From Dictyostelium discoideum (taxonomy: Eukaryota), in contig CM000151.3 in NCBI GenBank assembly GCA_000004695.1, forward strand, positions 768,001-832,000: 64,000 nt of DNA. Reading direction: 5' to 3'. A model generated the notes under the pieces. That model saw only the letters and a list, made by a program, of their open reading frames with translations. It did not search any database and was not told the DNA's origin. This document shows positions 57,354 to 64,000 of this stretch, piece by piece. A program made the translations under genes and the position numbers. Every line of letters begins with the position of its first letter. Position 1 is the first letter of the stretch.

Positions 57354-59451
57354 ATGGAGGAAGATGAAGAAACAAAAAGATTAAATGAACGTCGTCGTAT
57401 TAGAGAAGAGAGAAGAAAGAAACAAGAAGAGGATGACGCAAAAGAGGACCAAGAGAGAAAAGCAAGAGAGGAAGAACGTAAAGTTCGTAAAGAAGCAAGA
57501 ACCAAAGAAAGAGGTGAGCGTGAAGCACAACAAAAGAAAGAATTGGAAGAATATATAAAGAGAACTGAAGAAGAACGTAGACAACGTAGGGAAGAACGTG
57601 AGAAACGTAGGATAGAAGAAGAGAAACAACAAAAAGAGGATGAGGAAAAGAGAAAGAGACAACAAGAAGAACGTGAAAGAAAACGTCGTGAAGAAGATGA
57701 AGAAAAGAGAAAGAAAATCAAAGAGTTGGAGGAATCACGTAGGAAGGTGTTAAAAGAGTTGGAAGAGGATGAGAATAGTTCACAAGTCGATTCGATTCTA
57801 TCACAAAAGAAGAGACGTTTAATTGCACGTCAAAAGATTGAATCAATTCTAGCATCTGTCGACCCAAGCAACTCACAATACGATCAAACCCAACCAACCC
57901 CAATTAAAATAGTATCATTATTATTAACGGATGAATTGAAGGAGGAGGTCATTGATTTGGTGGCAAGTGGTGGATTTAGATCATTGGTGGATTATATGTC
58001 GCAACCAGCATCCATCTCAACCATGGCAGAGTATTTGGTTGATATCAATGTGGGTGCCACCATTTTCGCTTCAAAACCAGAGTTCTTAAATGGTACAGCC
58101 TCGTTAGAGTTAAAGAATTCCTTAGCGAGAATGCAAGCTTCCTACGAAATCTTAAAGGGTGGAATTCAAACCATGGCAAAGATTATCACTGATCCTTCAA
58201 ACTCGTTCATATTGGATATACTCTTCTCTATGATTTCAAATCCACCTCCTATTCCACTTACAAATATGCACATTTTCACAGACCTAGTATGTAGTTATAT
58301 GAGTCGTAAACCAGAATTACTCATTTACATTTGCAATAACAAGGATACAATCTTACCTTCATTGATGCAACATCTTTCAAATAGTGAAACTGTTGATTTA
58401 TTATTGAAAATGGCTGAAATCGAAATGACACAAAGTAATGAAACCACATCTAATAGCAGCAGTGGTGGTAGCGCAGCATCATCATTTTTTAGTTTATTTA
58501 CAGGTTCATCAAGTAGTAGTAGCAGTAGTAACAACAATAACAACAATAGTAATAATAAAGAGAAACCAAATTGGACAAATGATTTAACACCATATTTAAT
58601 TTTAAGAATTAATGAAATTAGTAATTTAGAGAATGTTATAGTTGATCAATTAGATTTAGAGATTGATAATATTCAAAGATTAATGTTTGAATTAGTAAAG
58701 AAATATCCAAAATCAAAAGTTGCTCATCATTTATGTGGTCAATCATTCTCTAATGCAGTTTTAAGAAATGGTTTTAAATTAGCATTGGTTCATCCTTACA
58801 CTTCACCATTCTCATCATCAATGTTATCATTAATTTGCACATTAGTAGATTCGTCAGTTACAATGACTCAGTCTTTAATTACAAATTCTTCATCATCTTC
58901 TTCATCATCATTATTATCGTCATCATCGTCCTCATCATCATTATTATCATCATCATCATCATCAAATCAAGATTTACCATCAGTTATAAATTTATTATTT
59001 AAACAAATCGTTATCATTGATGATATTAGTAATGGTGAAGATAATTCAAGAGAGTTATCACCAATAAAAGCAATCTCTGAAATTTTAACCATTAAAAAAG
59101 ATTCACAAGAGATATTTAGTATTGTACGTTTGAAATGTTTACATTTAATTAATTCATTGGTAAAAGCAAATATTTCAAAATTAGATCGTGAAATTTGGGA
59201 GAGTGGTATCTTAAAGAAATGTATTGATATCTTTTTCGAATATGAAACCAATAATGTCATCCATTGTATGATAGAAGGTATCTTAACACCATTAATTCAA
59301 CGTTGTCTTGGTAGTGATGATGAAGAATTTATGTGTCATTTATTAAAAGATTGTTCCTTTGTTTCAAGAGTTGTAAATATTTTAAGTGGTGGTAATAATA
59401 GTGAATTAAATCAAATTAATAATAGTAATAATAATAATAATGATAATAGTA

Positions 59452-59493
<42 letters not shown>

Positions 59494-61079
59494 TAAATGG
59501 TAGTTTAAGTGGAGCTAGTAAATTAAGTGCATTATTTGTAAATAGTAAAGATAATGATGTAGTTATAGTTGAACAACAAAAATCTGAACCAGTAATTGGT
59601 GCACCAGCTCCTGCAATGGGTTCATTATCAAGAGGTGGTGGTAAAAAGATAAGAAGAAAGGTATCTTTCTTTAGTACTGATGAAGATTCAACTTCAAATG
59701 CACAAGATGAAAATAATACTAGCAGTAATACAAATGGCGATGTTAAATTAGCAATTGGTGATTTATCAATGTTTCAACCACCAACTTCAACTCCAGCTCC
59801 AGCCACCTCAACTACTGAACAATCTTCCGATAAAAATTCTTTAGAAAATACAGTAGTTAGCTCAGAAAAGAGATTCTCTGCAACTTTAACTTCAACTTTC
59901 TCTATATCTTCATCCTCTTCTTCTTCAACATCTTCTACATCTTCTACATCAACTACTACAACAAAGATAAATGGCACCTCTAGTAGTAGTAGTAATAGTG
60001 GTAGCAGTAGTATTAGTAAAAAAGCAGAAAAAGAATTAAAGGAACAAGAGAAACAAAAAATAAAAGAGTTGATGGATACCTTAAAATCAAAACAATTAAC
60101 ACCAGATCAAGAAAAAGCAATTAAATCACAAATTAAGCAACTCAAGAAAGAAAAAAGACAAAAGAAAGAAGAAAAGAAATTAGCAAAAAGATTAAAAGAA
60201 AAAGAAAAAGAAAGTAAATCAAAATCATCAACATCAACATCATCATCTACTTCTTTAAAGAATAGTTCTGGTTCAGTAGTTTTACCAACATCAACAAACA
60301 AATTAAAATCGTCTTCATCAAACTCACCATCATCTTCACCAGTTTTAACATCAACCACTACATCCACATTAGCAGCAGCAACAACAACAACAACAACACC
60401 AACATCCACCACAGCACCAACCACAACCACAACAACAACAACAACAATGACAACAACAACAATTACTTCAACTTTATCAGATCAATCAAGTGATACAAGT
60501 AGTAATAGTGATAGTTGTTCAAATAGTGATGTTTCAAGTGAAATCTCAAAACTATCATTAAATGACAATTCTCAACCAATCGAGGCATCAGTTGAAAATA
60601 TTGAATCAATTGAAGAGCAAAGTGTAGTAGTAGTATATCATAATGAAGAATCGTCTAACAATGGTAGCAGTAATAATACCGAATGTAATAATAGTAAAAT
60701 AAATGATGAATCATCAACTAACACCCCAACCACCTCAACCACCACAGCAACAAAGAAGAAAGGAGTAAATCATAATGTTGGACATATTATATCACTATGT
60801 ATTGAAATTACCCATATCGTTAACAAGAGTAAAGGTCAATTGCTTAGAGATATTGTTGATGAATGTTGCCTATTCCAAGGTCAATGGGATGAAGTTGTTG
60901 TACCAAAATTACGTCAAGAAATATCATTTAGAAATATCAAACCAATTGGTACCGTTTCAATGCGTAAAGGTAGAAAGGGTGCTCCACCAACTCCATTTGC
61001 AAATGTTGAATCTTTCCAAAATATGGCAAATGGTGTTCCAATTCCTCCAACAAATCCTTCCTCAAAATTCTTTTTCTAA
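57354..61079 (+). CDS. SAPS-domain protein (SIT4/PP6 phosphatase regulatory-subunit homolog) with a ~150-aa ER/K-rich charged N-terminal extension; single exon, 1241 aa
   Basis: The central region aligns with the SAPS family. ILDILFSMISNPPPIPLTNMHIFTDLVCSYMSRKPELLIYICNNKDTILPSLMQHLSNSETVDLLLKMAEIE matches [32 protein letters not shown]...DLLLRLL. IFSIVRLKCLHLINSLV...IDIFFEYETNNVIHCMIEGIL matches FFKYTWNNFLHTQVE. The N-terminus has E/R/K repeats (EERRKKQEED...RKRREEDEEKRKK). Ser/Thr/Asn-rich linkers are present. The ORF is uninterrupted. Confidence 0.8.
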
Positions 61080-61536
61080 AAATATAATAATAATAATAAT
61101 ATAATAAAAAAACAAAACAAAAAACAAAAACAAAAATATAATAAACAAAAAAGAAAAAAAAAAAAAAAAGAAAAAAAAAAAGAAAAAAAAATATTAAAAA
61201 AAAAGATCTATATGGCAAAGAAATAAAAAAAAAAAAAAAAAAAAAAAAGAAAAACAAAAACTAACAAAAAAAAAATAGAAAAATAAACTAAATAAACATA
61301 TTTGAAAATTAAAAAAACTTATTTCTTTCTTTTCTTTCTTGATTTTATTATTTTTTTTTTGTTAGTTTTTGTTTTCTTTTTTTTTTTTTTCTTTTTTTCT
61401 TTTTTTTTTTTATTTCTTTACCATATAGATCTTGATTTTATTATTTTTTTTTTTATTTTTTTATTTTTATTATTTTTTTTTTTTTTTTTTGTTTATTAAT
61501 TTACATGTATAAAAAAAAGATAGCAAGAATGCAAGA

Positions 61537-61809
61537 TTATTCACCCAAAAATTTAGTTGATATTTGATCTATAATATCATAAGAATCTTTCCAAATTTCA
61601 GATCCATCATCTTCATTTTTATGTTCCTCTAAAAATTCACTAAATTGAACTAAAAAAGCAGTTACTCTGGAAACTGAATCTATTATCATTGTTTTATTTT
61701 CATCTAAAATTTCAATTTGTTTCTTTACATCATATATATCTTTAGTTTCATCTGCTTTAAATCTTTCAACATTTTCAATTTGTAATTGTTCTTCTTTTTT
61801 ATAAAGCAT
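61537..61809 (-). CDS. hypothetical small acidic coiled-coil protein, ~90 aa
   Basis: ATG-initiated ORF (MLYKKEEQLQIENVERFKADETKDIYDVKKQIEILDEN...) with Dictyostelium codon bias. The frame stays open a further ~15 codons upstream past a possible aatag acceptor, so a 5' exon cannot be excluded. Confidence 0.4.
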   Translation of the reverse strand: MLYKKEEQLQIENVERFKADETKDIYDVKKQIEILDENKTMIIDSVSRVTAFLVQFSEFLEEHKNEDDGSEIWKDSYDIIDQISTKFLGE

Positions 61810-61967
61810 ATAATCTTTTTCTAATCTATTAATGAAAGGGGGTTTATTTATAATTTTATTTATAATTTTATTTATAATTTTATTTATTATTGTTAATTTT
61901 TAATTATTATTATTTTGAAAATAAAACCAAAAGTTAATAAATTACTTATGTGTAAGAAATAATTATT

Positions 61968-62002
<35 letters not shown>

Positions 62003-62366
62003 CAAATAATACCTTTTTAGTGCATCAATTTTAATTTTTAAACTTCTTTTTGTGTCCAAAACCATTGTGTTTTATTCTTTGTTTTTATTTTTGTTTTTTA
62101 TTTTATTTTATTTTTTTTTTTTTTTTTTTTCACCCACAAAAATAGATTTTGAAAATGACAATTTAATTTTTTTTTTTTTTTATTATTTATTTTTTTTTTA
62201 CATTTCCACAAAAAAAAAATAAAAAATAAAAATTAAAAAAAAATAAAATTAAAAAAACGATTGTTTGTCGTCTTTTTATTTTTTTTATTTTTTTTTTTTA
62301 TTTCCAAAACATTTTCTTTTTTTTTTAATAAAATACAAATATAAAAATAAAATAATAAGAAAAAGA

Positions 62367-64000
62367 ATGGCAGATGAAGATGATGGATTACAATTAAATA
62401 TTTGTTATTTACAACGTGTACCTAAAAAAGAAATAAATTCAAAAGCAGAAGAGGAAGCCTACTTTAAAGAAAATATCAGTAATAATAATAACTTTACAAA
62501 TAATAGAGCATATAGAGAGAAAACAAACAAAAATGAAAATAATTTAAATAATAATAAGAACAACAACAATAACAACAATAATAATAAAACTTACAATAAC
62601 AACAATAGTAATAATAGTTACAATAATAATAATTACAATAATAACTCATTTAATAATAATAATAATAATAACTATAATAATAATAATAGCAATAATAATA
62701 ATAATTCAAATAATAATAATTTAAATAAAAAACCAACATTTTTAGAAAAGAAAATTCAACAAGAACAAAAACAAAAAGAATTAAAAGAATTAAAAGGACC
62801 ACAACATCATAGATATAGGAATCAAGAGAATGAAGAGTCAAATGCAATTGAATCAAATTCAAATAATTTTAAAGATAAATATAAGTTTGCAGAAAATAAA
62901 ACTAAAAAAGATGAATTTAATAGACCAATTTTAGAAACAATTGAAAGTAATATTAAAGTTGAAAAATCTGAAACATTCAGTTCAATGAATTGGGGTTCAT
63001 TACAATTATCTGAAACATTGGTAAGGAATTTAGTTGGACATATGAAACATGAAAAACCAACACATATTCAAGAGGCATCGATAACACCAATTTTAAAAGG
63101 TAATGATGCATTGGTTAAGGCACAAACTGGTAGTGGTAAAACTTTATCCTATTTAATACCAGTGGTGCAAAAATTAACCGAACAACGTGTTACAAGATCA
63201 GATGGTTGCTATTGTGTAATCATTACACCAACAAGAGAATTATCATCACAGATTTATGAAGAACTTCAAAAACTTTTAAAACCATTCTATTGGATCGTTC
63301 CGGGTATAATTATGGGTGGTGAGAATAGAAGTGCTGAAAAAGCACGTATACGTAAAGGTATAAATATTTTAGTTGCAACACCTGGTAGATTATTAGATCA
63401 TTTACAAAATACTCAATCATTTCCAACTGATAATATTAAATGGTGTATTTTGGATGAAGCTGATAAATTATTGGATTTAGGTTTTGAAAAGGATGTTACC
63501 ACTATCATTAATTTATTAGATTCAAAAAAGAGAACAATGAAATTCAAAAGACAAAATATTTTAGTTTCTGCTACTCTTAGTGAAGGTATTTCAAGATTGG
63601 CTTCATTATCATTAACAAGTCCAGTTTACATTGGTTTGGATTCAAAAGTATTAGAAAAAGGTGAAAATCCATTCCAAGCTGCTGAAAAAGAAATGCTTCA
63701 AGCTCCAAAACAATTGGATCAATTTTATGTTGAAGTTGAATCAAAAGAACGTCTAACTTCTTTAATAGCCTTTATTAGATGGAAAACTTCAAATATTACA
63801 ATTGATAAAGGCGATGTTGCCTCTGGTAATAGTTCAGCAAATTCAAAAATGATTGTTTTCTTTTCATCATGTGATTCAGTCGATTTTCATCATTATATGT
63901 TTAGTAATATGAAAATGGATAAAGAGAGAGGTGTAAAAAGAACAAAGAAAGAACAAATTAAACAAGATAAATTAATTCAACAACATAAACAAAAGAATTC
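62367..64000 (+). CDS. ddx31: DEAD-box ATP-dependent RNA helicase, DDX31/Dbp7-like (5' part; the gene continues beyond the window end)
   Basis: Helicase motifs I (AQTGSGKT), Ia (PTRELSSQ), Ib (TPGRLLDH), II (DEAD in ILDEADKLLDLGFE) and III (SAT in VSATLSEG). There is extended similarity to DDX31 (KLLKPFYWIVPGIIMGGENRSAEKARIRKGINILVATPGRLLDHLQNTQSF). An N-terminal poly-N low-complexity region follows the ATG at 62367. Confidence 0.85.
   Translation, partial: MADEDDGLQLNICYLQRVPKKEINSKAEEEAYFKENISNNNNFTNNRAYREKTNKNENNLNNNKNNNNNNNNNKTYNNNNSNNSYNNNNYNNNSFNNNNNNNYNNNNSNNNNNSNNNNLNKKPTFLEKKIQQEQKQKELKELKGPQHHRYRNQENEESNAIESNSNNFKDKYKFAENKTKKDEFNRPILETIESNIKVEKSETFSSMNWGSLQLSETLVRNLVGHMKHEKPTHIQEASITPILKGNDALVKAQTGSGKTLSYLIPVVQKLTEQRVTRSDGCYCVIITPTRELSSQIYEELQKLLKPFYWIVPGIIMGGENRSAEKARIRKGINILVATPGRLLDHLQNTQSFPTDNIKWCILDEADKLLDLGFEKDVTTIINLLDSKKRTMKFKRQNILVSATLSEGISRLASLSLTSPVYIGLDSKVLEKGENPFQAAEKEMLQAPKQLDQFYVEVESKERLTSLIAFIRWKTSNITIDKGDVASGNSSANSKMIVFFSSCDSVDFHHYMFSNMKMDKERGVKRTKKEQIKQDKLIQQHKQKN

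Overview
The window is AT-rich (about 75-80% A+T) eukaryotic nuclear DNA with the hallmarks of Dictyostelium discoideum: short AT-rich introns with GTAAGT donors, (AAT)n/(ATT)n microsatellites, poly-N/poly-Q coding tracts and A/T-biased third codon positions. It is gene-dense, with about 20 protein-coding genes and no rRNA, tRNA, CRISPR or recognisable transposon.

Identified genes, in order:
- a partial minus-strand gene at the left edge;
- a candidate 69-aa two-exon basic protein;
- an inositol-polyphosphate kinase (IPK) family gene carrying an in-frame TGA;
- three tandem minus-strand class-C GPCRs with basic-membrane-protein (Bmp)/PnrA-like extracellular domains (Grl family);
- a short-chain dehydrogenase (SDR);
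- a small 92-aa ORF;
- a large PH-domain RapGAP with a probable long, AG-free 5' intron;
- an FHA + kinase + pseudokinase gene;
- a zinc-type alcohol dehydrogenase (3 exons);
- a 1349-aa five-exon type-I surface protein with an EGF-like module;
- an F-BAR/SH3 gene (minus) with an apparent 1-nt frameshift;
- ATP-dependent PEP carboxykinase (pckA);
- a second F-BAR + two-SH3 gene;
- a RING/TRAF-type zinc-finger gene;
- a small secreted protein;
- a ZIP metal transporter;
- a secreted protein with a roughly 300-residue poly-Ser tract;
- a SAPS-domain PP6-regulatory-subunit homolog with an ER/K-rich N-terminus;
- a small minus-strand ORF;
- the 5' part of a DDX31/Dbp7-like DEAD-box helicase that runs off the window.

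All coordinates were derived by eye and cross-checked against the ORF track by frame arithmetic; splice-site positions may be off by 1-2 nt.
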